Shown here: positions 34,195 to 42,556 of the stretch, piece by piece
How positions within the stretch are numbered: the first letter of the stretch is position 1
Layout: each line of letters starts with the position of its first letter
Notes under the pieces: model-generated
Told to the model about the DNA's origin: nothing
The model's database searches: none
Seen by the model: only the letters and a program-made list of their open reading frames with translations
Position numbers and translations under genes: made by a program
NCBI GenBank assembly: GCA_035708565.1
Contig: DASSSF010000097.1
Coordinates: 1-60,911 of the forward strand
From: Candidatus Limnocylindria bacterium
Lineage (GTDB): Bacteria > Chloroflexota > Limnocylindria > P2-11E
Direction: 5' to 3'
DNA: 60,911 bases

Positions 34195-35745
34195 TTACGC
34201 CGGGGCGTTCGCTGTACGTACGTCGCGGAGCGCGAGGAAGAGCTCGCGGGTCGCCGGCTCAGGCTCCGTGTCGAGGTCGCGGCGGAGGCGCCGCTCGAGC
34301 GACTGGTAGTGGCGGATCGCGAGGTCCGTGGCGCCGGCTCGGTGGTAGGCCCGGAGCAGGAGCCGGTGGCCGCCCTCGTCGTAGGGGTCCTTCTCGAGGA
34401 TCCGGTGGCACAGATCGATCGTGGCCTGCGGCTCGCCGGTCTCGAGCTCGGCCCAGGCCAGCTCCCGGGCCACGGACAGGAAGGCCGCCTCCACCCGCTC
34501 CCGCAGCTCGTCGATCCACGCTCCCGTGAGGTCGGCGAGGAGGGTCCCCCGATGGAGGGAGACGGCCTCGCGGAGGAGCTGCAGGTGCGCCTTCGCGTCC
34601 CCCGCCGCCTTGGCCTCGCGCGCCCGCCGCGCGCCCTGCTCGAAGGCGTCGGTGTCGAGCGTCGAGCCTTTCGGAAGCTCGAGCGCGTACCCGGCCGGCA
34701 CTTTCGTGACCTTGACGTGGTCGCCGAGGCCCGCGGACGCGAGCTCCCTCCGGAGCGAGTGCAGCGTGAAGTGGAACTTGCTCACGGCCGCGGCCGGCTC
34801 CGAGTCCGGCCAGAGCGCGACCATCAGCTCGTCGCGCGGGACGGGCCTCCCCTCCGCGGTCGCGAGGATCGCGAGCATCTCCTTCGCCTTCGCGGTGCGC
34901 CAGACGTTCTGGCCGACGGTCGCGCCGTCATGGCGCATCGCGAACGGACCGAGGAGGAGGATCTCGAGCGGCGCCGGGCCGCGCGCCGGCGCCTCGTGCG
35001 CCGGCATCGCGCTGTTCGCGGTGAGCAGGCCGAGCGTGGACGAGAGCCGGAGCGACGGATCGACCGCCGCGCCCTGCTCGCGAAGCCACTCGAAGACGGC
35101 CGGCCGCGCGACGAGGAGGTCGCGGTAGCCCTCCTGCGCGAGCGTGCGGACGGCGTCCCGTAGCGCGGGCACCTCCTGCTCGGGCGTCGGGGAGAGCCGC
35201 GCCGCGAGGATCGTGGCCTTCGTGCGGGCGTAGCGGGCGCCCGCCGCTTCGGCCTCCCGCTCGGCGCCGCGGTACGCGACGTACGCGTCGTCGAGGCTCC
35301 CCTCGAGCTCGAGCACGGCTCCCCGCGCGAGGAGCAGGTAGGCGGTCGGGACGGCCGAGGCGTCCACGCGCGCCGCCACCTCGTCGGCGGAGCGGAGCGC
35401 TGCCCGGGCGCCGGGCAGGTCGCCGCGGCCCGCGCGGAGCTCGGCCGCGGCGCAGTGCAACCGGAAAAGGGTGCTCGGGTCGCGCGAGCCACGCTCGGCG
35501 TCGAGCGCGGCGCGGTACGCGTCCTCGGCCGCCTCCGCGTGCGCGGCGAGCGCGTTCACGACGACGACCGTGGAGAGCGAGGCGGCGCGCGCGATGCCGA
35601 ACGACTCCGTGCGCTCGACTCTCGGCGTGAGGTCGACGCCCGCGACCGCTTCCGGCGACAGCCTGCGGAGCCACTGGCGGGCGCGCTCACGGAGGTCCGC
35701 GAGACCCGCGGACCGGCTCGAACGATCGTCGGGAGACGAGCTCAC
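34195..35745 (-). CDS. SARP-type regulator: N-terminal helical-repeat (TPR-like) region plus C-terminal winged-helix and BTAD domains
   Basis: GTG at 35745 is preceded by GAGAGGAAGG. 'LEILLLGPFAMRHDG...PVPRDELMVALWPD...' is an OmpR-type wHTH. 'TDAFEQ...LLREAVSLHRGTLLADL...LLLRAYHRAGATDLAIRHYQSLERRLRRDLDTEP' is a BTAD domain. The upstream 62 aa of the ORF overlap the preceding gene and are rejected. Confidence 0.8.
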   Translation of the reverse strand: MSSSPDDRSSRSAGLADLRERARQWLRRLSPEAVAGVDLTPRVERTESFGIARAASLSTVVVVNALAAHAEAAEDAYRAALDAERGSRDPSTLFRLHCAAAELRAGRGDLPGARAALRSADEVAARVDASAVPTAYLLLARGAVLELEGSLDDAYVAYRGAEREAEAAGARYARTKATILAARLSPTPEQEVPALRDAVRTLAQEGYRDLLVARPAVFEWLREQGAAVDPSLRLSSTLGLLTANSAMPAHEAPARGPAPLEILLLGPFAMRHDGATVGQNVWRTAKAKEMLAILATAEGRPVPRDELMVALWPDSEPAAAVSKFHFTLHSLRRELASAGLGDHVKVTKVPAGYALELPKGSTLDTDAFEQGARRAREAKAAGDAKAHLQLLREAVSLHRGTLLADLTGAWIDELRERVEAAFLSVARELAWAELETGEPQATIDLCHRILEKDPYDEGGHRLLLRAYHRAGATDLAIRHYQSLERRLRRDLDTEPEPATRELFLALRDVRTANAPA

Positions 35746-35818
35746 GTTGTCGGGCCTTCCTCTCTGTGCGGAAGGTGAGGCTAACCCAGGCTGAACGGGC
35801 GCGGTCGTGTCGGAACGG

Positions 35819-37579
35819 TCACCAGTTGGCCGTGAACCCCGCCACGCGTGGCGGGAGCGCGGCGCCGGGCGGGCGGATGACGTAGACGGTGCCGAAGGAT
35901 CCCTGGAGCCAGGCCCGCTCGAACGCCGCACGGGGATAGACGCGCCTGACGGCGGCGTTCGACAGCGCGGCCGGGTCGTGCGAGATCACGTCCCCGCTCT
36001 CGGTGAACCCGCTGATCACGAGCAGGTGGCCCTCTGTCCCGAGGCCGAACAGGAAGCCCGGCAGCGCGCCCGGAGCGAAGGACACCGACGCCACGAGCGG
36101 GATGCCCGCGACGACGAACGCCTCCGCCTCGGCGAGCGAGCGCAGCCGGGTCACGGAGCCACGCGCCCCATAGCGCGCCGCGTACGCGGTGTTGAACGCC
36201 CAGTTCCCCGTTCCGCGGTAGCGGTGGTCGTAGGTGTATCGCGCGGCGTGGTCGACCTGCGGATCCGCGTACGGGATCCCGGCGAGCTCCGACGCCGAGG
36301 GCCCGAGGCCGTGGAACGCGAGCACCATCGCGGTCGACGTCGGGCTGCACCATGCCTCACCACCGCCGTCGTACTCCGGGTACTCGCCGGCGTGGATCTC
36401 CTGCGAGAACGGCGGCACCGCGAGCTCGCTGCCGCGACCGGATCCGGGTGCGCTCGGGATGCGCGGGGCGTACTCGCGGGTGTCCGCGACGACCGCGCCG
36501 AGCGCCGTCACACGCGGCGTCGCGGCGTAGCCGTCGGTCCGGTACAGCGTCGCGCGGAGACGGTACGAGCGGTAGCGCTCGGCGCCGGCGACGAACGTGT
36601 CCACGCTCACGCTCCCGCCGTCGTCGCGCTGGCCGGCGACCGACGTCCGCGAGATGTCCGCGTCGCCCGAGGCCCACACGCCCATCACGTACCAGCGCGT
36701 GCTCCGGATCCCGTCCGGAGAGGCCTGCATCGCGACCTCGATCCACGTGCCGGGCGGCGTGTCCGCCTCCCACGACGCGATGAGCTCGCTCCAGCCGAAC
36801 GGCGTCTCCTGCCACGCGGACGTCCACGAGCCGGCGCGGTACGCGCGCGTGCCGCGCCCGAACGCGTCGGTGAAGGTTCCGCTCTGCGTCGGCGACGCGA
36901 GCTCGACCGCCGCGGCGGCGAAGCGCGTCCCGTCGTGCGTGCCTGCCGCGAGGTCGGCCTGCGCGTAGCCGATCGCCGGCGAGCCGCCCGACGGCGGCAC
37001 GCTGCCGTCGGCGCGCAGCACGGTGACGTACCAGAACACGCCGAAGTCCTCGAGCCACGCCGCGGCCTCGATGAGCGGACGGATCGCGAGGCGGTACGTG
37101 CCCGGGACGAGCGGGGCCTGAACGGTGAACCGGAACCACGCGACCTGGCCCGGACCGACATACGGCACGGGCTGGACGGCGACGCGGTCGTAGCGCGGCC
37201 AGCCCGTCGCGGGCGAGCCGCGCGTGCCGTCCCCGCCGAGGACGCTCGCGCGGTCCTGTCCGGGCTCCGGCGTCCACGTGCCGAGGTAGGCGACCTCCCC
37301 CATCCTGCCCGCGACCCAGCCGAGCGAGCCCGAGTTGTAGAAGGCGACGGTCGCCGTCGAGCGCTCGCCCGCGCAGAGCGACGGGTAGCCGCTCTGGCCG
37401 TACCAGTGCGCGTGGAACCCGGCGATGCCCGACGGCACGTCGGCCGGCGGCGGGATCCCCGGTCCGACGCTCGACACGCACGACGACCCGCTCGCCTTCG
37501 CGGGCGGGACCGCGGCCGTCGCCGGGACCGGCGCCGCGGGCGCGAGCGCGACGACGACCGCGAGCGCGATGCGGATCAC
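35819..37579 (-). CDS. secreted protein: Ig-like N-terminal module plus C-terminal C39-like (YvpB-type) cysteine peptidase domain
   Basis: Signal peptide. 'GGGEAWCSPTSTAMVLAFHG' is the Cys motif and 'EGHLLVISGFTESGDVISHDP' the His motif of the Peptidase_C39-like family. The N-terminal ~190 aa are paralogous to the protein at 39104-40405. Confidence 0.75.
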   Translation of the reverse strand: MIRIALAVVVALAPAAPVPATAAVPPAKASGSSCVSSVGPGIPPPADVPSGIAGFHAHWYGQSGYPSLCAGERSTATVAFYNSGSLGWVAGRMGEVAYLGTWTPEPGQDRASVLGGDGTRGSPATGWPRYDRVAVQPVPYVGPGQVAWFRFTVQAPLVPGTYRLAIRPLIEAAAWLEDFGVFWYVTVLRADGSVPPSGGSPAIGYAQADLAAGTHDGTRFAAAAVELASPTQSGTFTDAFGRGTRAYRAGSWTSAWQETPFGWSELIASWEADTPPGTWIEVAMQASPDGIRSTRWYVMGVWASGDADISRTSVAGQRDDGGSVSVDTFVAGAERYRSYRLRATLYRTDGYAATPRVTALGAVVADTREYAPRIPSAPGSGRGSELAVPPFSQEIHAGEYPEYDGGGEAWCSPTSTAMVLAFHGLGPSASELAGIPYADPQVDHAARYTYDHRYRGTGNWAFNTAYAARYGARGSVTRLRSLAEAEAFVVAGIPLVASVSFAPGALPGFLFGLGTEGHLLVISGFTESGDVISHDPAALSNAAVRRVYPRAAFERAWLQGSFGTVYVIRPPGAALPPRVAGFTANW

Positions 37580-37651
37580 GATCGATCAACTGTCCCGCCG
37601 CACCCGCGTGACGGCAAGCGACCGACCGGGCGTTCGTTCTAGCGTGGCGCG

Positions 37652-38326
37652 ATGCGCGCATCGGCACGTGACGCGCTCATCGAGGGATGGCCGCTCTTCC
37701 TCACGTCGTTCGTGATCGGCGTGCCGTTCGGGATCGCCGCGCGCCGCGCCGGGCTCGGCGCGATCGAGGCGTCGGGCATGAGCGTGATCGTGTTCGCCGG
37801 CGCCGCGCAGTTCGCGATGCTCGACCTCTTCGCCCGCGGCGCGCCCGCCGCCCTCGTCGTGGCGACCGCGCTCCTGATCAACCTCCGTCACCTGCTCATG
37901 GCCACGGCCATGCGGCCGTTCGCCGAGGGCCGCGCGCTGTGGCAGCGGCTCGCGATCGCGTACGTGCTCACCGACGAGTCCTTCGCCATGGGGATCGGCC
38001 GTCTGCGCCGCGGCACGGCGGACGTCGCCTACTACCTCACGTTCGCGTTCACGCTGTGGCTCGCGTGGAACGCGGCGACGATCGTCGGCGCGACGCTCGG
38101 CGGCGCCGTCACCGACCCGGACAGGCTCGGCCTCGACTTCGCCATCACGGGCGCGTTCATCGCGATCGTCGTGCTCGGCATCAGGGACCGCGTCGACGTG
38201 GCGGTCGCGCTCGCCGCGGCGCTCGCCGCCGGGGCGCTGCGGCTCGCGGGCGCGTCGTCCGTGGCGGTCGTCGCCGCAGGCGCGATCGCGCCGCTCGTCG
38301 CGGCCGCGGTGCGGAGGGTGCGGTGA
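37652..38326 (+). CDS. azlC: branched-chain amino acid exporter subunit AzlC
   Basis: 'FVIGVPFGIAARRAGL...MSVIVFAGAAQFA...LINLRHLLM' is the AzlC family pattern. Confidence 0.85.
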   Translation: MRASARDALIEGWPLFLTSFVIGVPFGIAARRAGLGAIEASGMSVIVFAGAAQFAMLDLFARGAPAALVVATALLINLRHLLMATAMRPFAEGRALWQRLAIAYVLTDESFAMGIGRLRRGTADVAYYLTFAFTLWLAWNAATIVGATLGGAVTDPDRLGLDFAITGAFIAIVVLGIRDRVDVAVALAAALAAGALRLAGASSVAVVAAGAIAPLVAAAVRRVR

Positions 38327-38628
38327 TCTGGGCCGCGATCGTCGCGTCGGGGATCGTCACCTTCGCCACGCGCGCGCTCCCGCTCACGGTCCGCGTGAGG
38401 CTTCCCGATGGCGGCCCGGCCCGCGCGTATCTCGACGCGCTGCCCACCGCGATCATCGCGGCGCTCGCCGGCGCCGCCGTCATCGCGCCGGCGGACGCGG
38501 TCACGCGCGGAGCGGAGCTCGTGGGCGCGGGCGCGGCGACGGCCGTTGCCGCGTGGCGGAGGCACGTGCTCCTCGCGATGCTCGCCGGGGTCGCGGCGGT
38601 CGCCGTCGCGAGGTCGTGCGGCTACTGA
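38323..38628 (+). CDS. azlD: branched-chain amino acid exporter subunit AzlD
   Basis: GTGA overlap with azlC. 101 aa with 3 TM helices ('GIVTFATRALPL'). Confidence 0.75.
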   Translation: MIWAAIVASGIVTFATRALPLTVRVRLPDGGPARAYLDALPTAIIAALAGAAVIAPADAVTRGAELVGAGAATAVAAWRRHVLLAMLAGVAAVAVARSCGY

Positions 38629-38648
38629 GCGATCCCAGGGGACAAGGG

Positions 38649-38674
38649 AAGGGCGCGCCTTCCGGCGCGCCCTT
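38649..38674. terminator. GC-rich hairpin between convergent genes
   Basis: AAGGGCGCGCC-ttcc-GGCGCGCCCTT: an 11-bp perfect stem with a 4-nt loop, 21 nt after the azlD stop. Confidence 0.5.
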
Positions 38675-38813
38675 CGTCGCTAGATGTGCGGCGTGGGCCG
38701 CTTGTCGTCGTCCCTCTTCGGCGGCGGCGTCGGCTCGTCCTTCGGAAGGCCCGCCTCCTGCCGCTGCTCGCTCGGCGGGTGCTCACCCGGCCGAGGAGGG
38801 AGCTGCGTGGTCA

Positions 38814-38987
38814 CTAGCGCTGCTGGCCGGTGCCCTGGCCGGGCGTCGGGGTGCCGGCACCCTTCTTCTCGAAGTCGCCATGCTTCCCGAGGTCGCCCTG
38901 CTTGCCGACGTCGCCGCCCTGCTTGCCGATCTCAGGGCTGCTGCCGGTGCCGCCCTTGGGCTGGCCCTGTTCCTTCTTCTCCTGCAT
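38814..38987 (-). CDS. small hydrophilic Gly/Lys/Gln-rich protein (hypothetical)
   Basis: 57 aa: MQEKKEQGQPKGGTGSSPEIGKQGGDVGKQGDLGKHGDFEKKGAGTPTPGQGTGQQR. GGAGG lies 9 nt upstream of the ATG. No hydrophobic segment. Confidence 0.5.
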   Translation of the reverse strand: MQEKKEQGQPKGGTGSSPEIGKQGGDVGKQGDLGKHGDFEKKGAGTPTPGQGTGQQR

Positions 38988-39103
38988 GTGGACATGCCTC
39001 CACGCGTGTTGAGTCGGCGCGACGCGCGCCGCGCTTCCATGCGGAGCAGATACGGTGCCGCGCTCGGTATCGGCGGAGGCACGCGCATGGGCCGTATCGA
39101 GCG

Positions 39104-40405
39104 CTATGGGGCCGAGCGGACGAACGCCGACCGGTGCGCCTCGAAGCGCGCGTAGAAGGCGTCCACGCCCTCCGCGAAGGCGCCCGCGAACGCGGCGCGC
39201 CATGGCTCCCCGCGCCCGACGCGCGCGCACCAGTCCCGCAGCGAGAGCGCGCCGCGCTCGCGCGCGAGCAGCTCCACCGCGAGCTGGCCGACGGCGAACG
39301 GGTTCGCGGACGCGGGCCACGACGACTCGAGGGACGAGAGCGGCACGTACTCGCCGCCCGTGAGCTGGCGGCGCAGGAACGTGTCGACGGCGCGTCTTTG
39401 GATCAGGCCGTCTGTGACGAGCGCGCCGTAGGCGATCGTCTCGGGCATGCCCTCCGACAGCCAGCGCGGGCCGAGCATGCAGCCGCTTCCGCCGACCTCG
39501 TGCTGCCAGAGGTGCGCGTACTCGTGGGCGGACAGCTCCATGCGCTCGACCGACGCGCTCCACGTGTCGGGCGCCGCGGCGGCGGGGGCTCTCCACGCGG
39601 CGTGCGACGTCCAGATCTCGAACGACGTCCCTGTCGCGAGGCAGCAGTACCGCTCGCTCCCGCTGCCGACGGCGATCGTCGCGGCCGCGGCGCGTCGGCG
39701 GTCGCCGCCGTACGTCTCCGCGAGGTGGCGGCCCGCGCGCGCGACGCCCTCGTGCAGCTCGTGCACATGCCAGGCGTCGAGCCCTGGACCCGCGACGACC
39801 GTGAACCCGAGCGGGTCGCGAGGCGCGGGACGGGGCGGCGCCGTGCCGTCGGGCCGGAGCACGGTCACCTCCCAGTAGACGCCGACGTCCTCCAGCCACG
39901 ACGCATCCTCGATCACCGGCCGGATGCCGATGCGGTAGAGGCCCGGCGTCGCGGGAGCCTGCACGGTGAACTGGAACCACGCGACCTGGCCCGGACCGAC
40001 GTACGCCGCGGGCTGCGCCGCGACGCGGTCGTAGCGCGGCCAGCCCGTCGCGGGCGAGCCACGCGTGCCGTCGCCGCCGAGCACGCTCGGCTGATCCTGG
40101 CCCGGCTCCTCGGCCCACGTCCCGAGATACGCGGCCTCGCCCATGCGGCCCTGCACCCAGCCGATCGAGCCGGCGTTGTAGTACGCGACGACCGCGGTCC
40201 GGCGCTCGCCCGGGCAGAGGCGCATGTAGCCGCTCTGCCCGTACCACTGCGCGTGCAGACCCGGGATCCCCGCGCGCACCGACGCCGGCGGCGGGATGCC
40301 GGGCCCCGTGCTCGAGGCGCACGCGGCCTGCGCGGGCACCGACGGGAGCGGCGCGCCAAGGCCGAGGAGGAACAGCAAGATCGCGAGCCCGGCGTTGGCC
40401 ATCAC
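39104..40405 (-). CDS. secreted protein: Ig-like N-terminal module plus C-terminal HExxH putative zinc metalloprotease domain
   Basis: Signal peptide, N-terminal module paralogous to the protein at 35819-37579, and 'ELSAHEYAHLWQHE' (HExxH) in the C-terminal half. Confidence 0.7.
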   Translation of the reverse strand: MMANAGLAILLFLLGLGAPLPSVPAQAACASSTGPGIPPPASVRAGIPGLHAQWYGQSGYMRLCPGERRTAVVAYYNAGSIGWVQGRMGEAAYLGTWAEEPGQDQPSVLGGDGTRGSPATGWPRYDRVAAQPAAYVGPGQVAWFQFTVQAPATPGLYRIGIRPVIEDASWLEDVGVYWEVTVLRPDGTAPPRPAPRDPLGFTVVAGPGLDAWHVHELHEGVARAGRHLAETYGGDRRRAAAATIAVGSGSERYCCLATGTSFEIWTSHAAWRAPAAAAPDTWSASVERMELSAHEYAHLWQHEVGGSGCMLGPRWLSEGMPETIAYGALVTDGLIQRRAVDTFLRRQLTGGEYVPLSSLESSWPASANPFAVGQLAVELLARERGALSLRDWCARVGRGEPWRAAFAGAFAEGVDAFYARFEAHRSAFVRSAP

Positions 40406-40433
40406 CCCTTCAACTGTGGGCCGCCCGCACGAG

Positions 40434-40847
40434 TTACTCGGGTAGAGCGAGCTCCCGGGCGAGCGCCCGCACGCGGTCGAAGATCCCGTCCCGCACGATG
40501 CGGAACGCCGCGAGGCGCTCCTCCTCCGTGCCGGTCGCGGCCGACGGGTCGGGGAAGCTCCACTCGAGGTGGAGCCGGTGCTTCGGCGGGATCGGGCAGT
40601 TGCTGTCGCACACGGTGACGACGGCGTCCCATTCGCGCGGCGCGAGCTCGTCGATCGTCTTGCTCGTCTGCGTCGAGATGTCGATGCCCACCTCCGCCAT
40701 CGCGCGCCGCGCGAGCGGATGGACGCCGCGGGCCTGAGTCCCGGCGCTCGCGGCGAGGAACGAGTCGCCGCCGAGCGCGCGGAGGAAGCCCTCCGCCATC
40801 TGCGAACGCGCCGAGTTATGCGCGCAGAGGAAGAGGACCGAGCGCAC
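40434..40847 (-). CDS. arsC: arsenate reductase, LMW-PTP (thioredoxin-coupled) type
   Basis: 'VLFLCAHNSARSQMAE' is the CX5R P-loop, and downstream Cys residues are at 'TVCDSNCP'. Confidence 0.8.
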   Translation of the reverse strand: MRSVLFLCAHNSARSQMAEGFLRALGGDSFLAASAGTQARGVHPLARRAMAEVGIDISTQTSKTIDELAPREWDAVVTVCDSNCPIPPKHRLHLEWSFPDPSAATGTEEERLAAFRIVRDGIFDRVRALARELALPE

Positions 40848-40900
40848 GGGGCGATGCTGGCACGTCGCGGGCGGGGCCGCGGCCCCGCCCGCGGAGACGT

Positions 40901-41083
40901 CTAGGCCGCGAGCATGAGGTCCGCGAGCGAGCGGTTGTTGACGTTCACGTTGAAGATCGCGGGGCCGGCGTAGAAGACGAGGATGAGGACGATGAGGATC
41001 AGGACGACGATCCCGATGATCATCCCGGCGCTGAATCCGCCGTCACCGGTGGAGCCGCCTGGGTTCACGTTCACCTGGCTCAT
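40901..41083 (-). CDS. small single-pass membrane protein (hypothetical)
   Basis: 60 aa from the ATG at 41083: MSQVNVNPGGSTGDGGFSAGMIIGIVVLILIVLILVFYAGPAIFNVNVNNRSLADLMLAA. Confidence 0.4.
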   Translation of the reverse strand: MSQVNVNPGGSTGDGGFSAGMIIGIVVLILIVLILVFYAGPAIFNVNVNNRSLADLMLAA

Positions 41084-41168
41084 GAGAGGCAGAGTCCCCT
41101 TTCTCCCACACGGACGTGGGCGACTGGTGCCGCGCACGTAGCGCGTTTGCGCCTGTCATGCAGGCGGC

Positions 41169-42500
41169 ATGCCGAGCCCCGGGTCGCGTCCCTATCCTCG
41201 ATCGCAGGTGCTGCGAGGTCCCCTCCGACACGGATGGTTCGCCGCGTTCGTGGCGTCGGTCGGCCTCACGGGGATCGGGCACGAGGCCGCGCGGCTCGCG
41301 CTCCCGCTCCTCGTGCTCGACCTCACCCACTCGCTGCCCGCGGCCGCGCTCCTCCGCGTCCTCCAGATGGTCCCCTACGTCCTCTTCGGCGCGATCGCCG
41401 GCGCGATCATCGACCGGGTCGACAAGCGCCTCCTGCTGATCGCGTGCGACATCGCGAACGTCGTGCTCACCGCGCTCATCCCGCTCTCGGTGGCGTTCGG
41501 CGTGTTCTCGCTCGAGCTCCTCTACGCCCTCGTCTTCCTCCTCGGGACGGTGGAGGTGCTCTGGGGGGTGACGGCGGACTTCAGCGTCGTCCCCGCGCTC
41601 GTGGAGGAGCACGAGCTCACCGAGGCGAACGCCGCGTACCTCGGGGTCGACCGCGCCGCGCGCGTCGTCGGGCCGATCCTCGCCGGCGTCGTCATCGGCG
41701 CGCTCGGCGGCGGCCCGGCCGCGGACGCCGCCGCGATCTGGATCTCGGCGGTCGCCTTCGTCCCGACGCTCCTCGTGTTCGTGCTCATGCCGCCTCTCCT
41801 CGGCAAGGCCGAGGCGGCGCGGCCGCTGACCGTCGGGAACGTCGCGTACGAGATCGGCGAGGGCTTCTCGTTCATCTGGCGCGACCGCGTGCTCCGGGCG
41901 CTCATGGTCCTCATGTTCATCTCGAACCTCGGCGGGGTCGGCATCCAGACGCTGCTCCTGTACGTCCTGAGCGTGGAGCAGCGGCTCGACGCGACGACGA
42001 TCGGGATCGCGCTCGCGCTCACGGGGCTCCTCACGATCGGCGGGTCGGTCGGCGCGCCGCTCATCGCGCGCGGCCGGCCGCTGGGCCACACCATGCTCGG
42101 CGTCATCACGTTCGGCGCGCTCGCGTCCGTCGCCGCGGCCTTCGCGCGGGACTGGCGCCTCCTCGTCGCCGCCGCGGCCGCGCGCCAGACCGCGTGGGCG
42201 GCACACGTCGTCTACGCGTTCGTCCCGCGCCAGCGCGGCGTGCCCGCCGCGCTCCGCGGCCGCGTGAACGGCGCCTTCCGCACCATCGTGCTCATCGCGA
42301 ACTCAGCGTCGCCGGCGCTCCTCTCGGCGATCCAGGCGACCGCGGGCTCGTCCGCGGCGTTCCTGTCGGCGGGCGCGCTCATGGGCATCTCCGTCGCGGT
42401 CACGTTCTGGTCGCCGCTCCGCGACTACGACATCCGCGACGCTCCTGAGGCCGCCGCGGCCGTCGAGCGCGAGGCGGAGGTGGAGGAGGCCGCCGACTGA
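41169..42500 (+). CDS. MFS transporter
   Basis: 443 aa with about 12 TM helices and a 'GAIIDRVDKRLLL' motif between TM2 and TM3. Confidence 0.8.
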   Translation: MPSPGSRPYPRSQVLRGPLRHGWFAAFVASVGLTGIGHEAARLALPLLVLDLTHSLPAAALLRVLQMVPYVLFGAIAGAIIDRVDKRLLLIACDIANVVLTALIPLSVAFGVFSLELLYALVFLLGTVEVLWGVTADFSVVPALVEEHELTEANAAYLGVDRAARVVGPILAGVVIGALGGGPAADAAAIWISAVAFVPTLLVFVLMPPLLGKAEAARPLTVGNVAYEIGEGFSFIWRDRVLRALMVLMFISNLGGVGIQTLLLYVLSVEQRLDATTIGIALALTGLLTIGGSVGAPLIARGRPLGHTMLGVITFGALASVAAAFARDWRLLVAAAAARQTAWAAHVVYAFVPRQRGVPAALRGRVNGAFRTIVLIANSASPALLSAIQATAGSSAAFLSAGALMGISVAVTFWSPLRDYDIRDAPEAAAAVEREAEVEEAAD

Positions 42501-42556
42501 GCGCCGCCGACCGGCGCAGACGCCGCACCGGGGCCCGAGCACCTAGGCTTGACCCC

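Noticed and set aside
23132-40847. ArsR (23132-23482) plus ArsC (40434-40847) as an ars resistance operon
   Set aside because: The two genes are 17 kb apart and no arsB or acr3 is present. The ArsR gene heads its own operon with two SRPBCC/Aha1 genes, a common non-arsenic arrangement.
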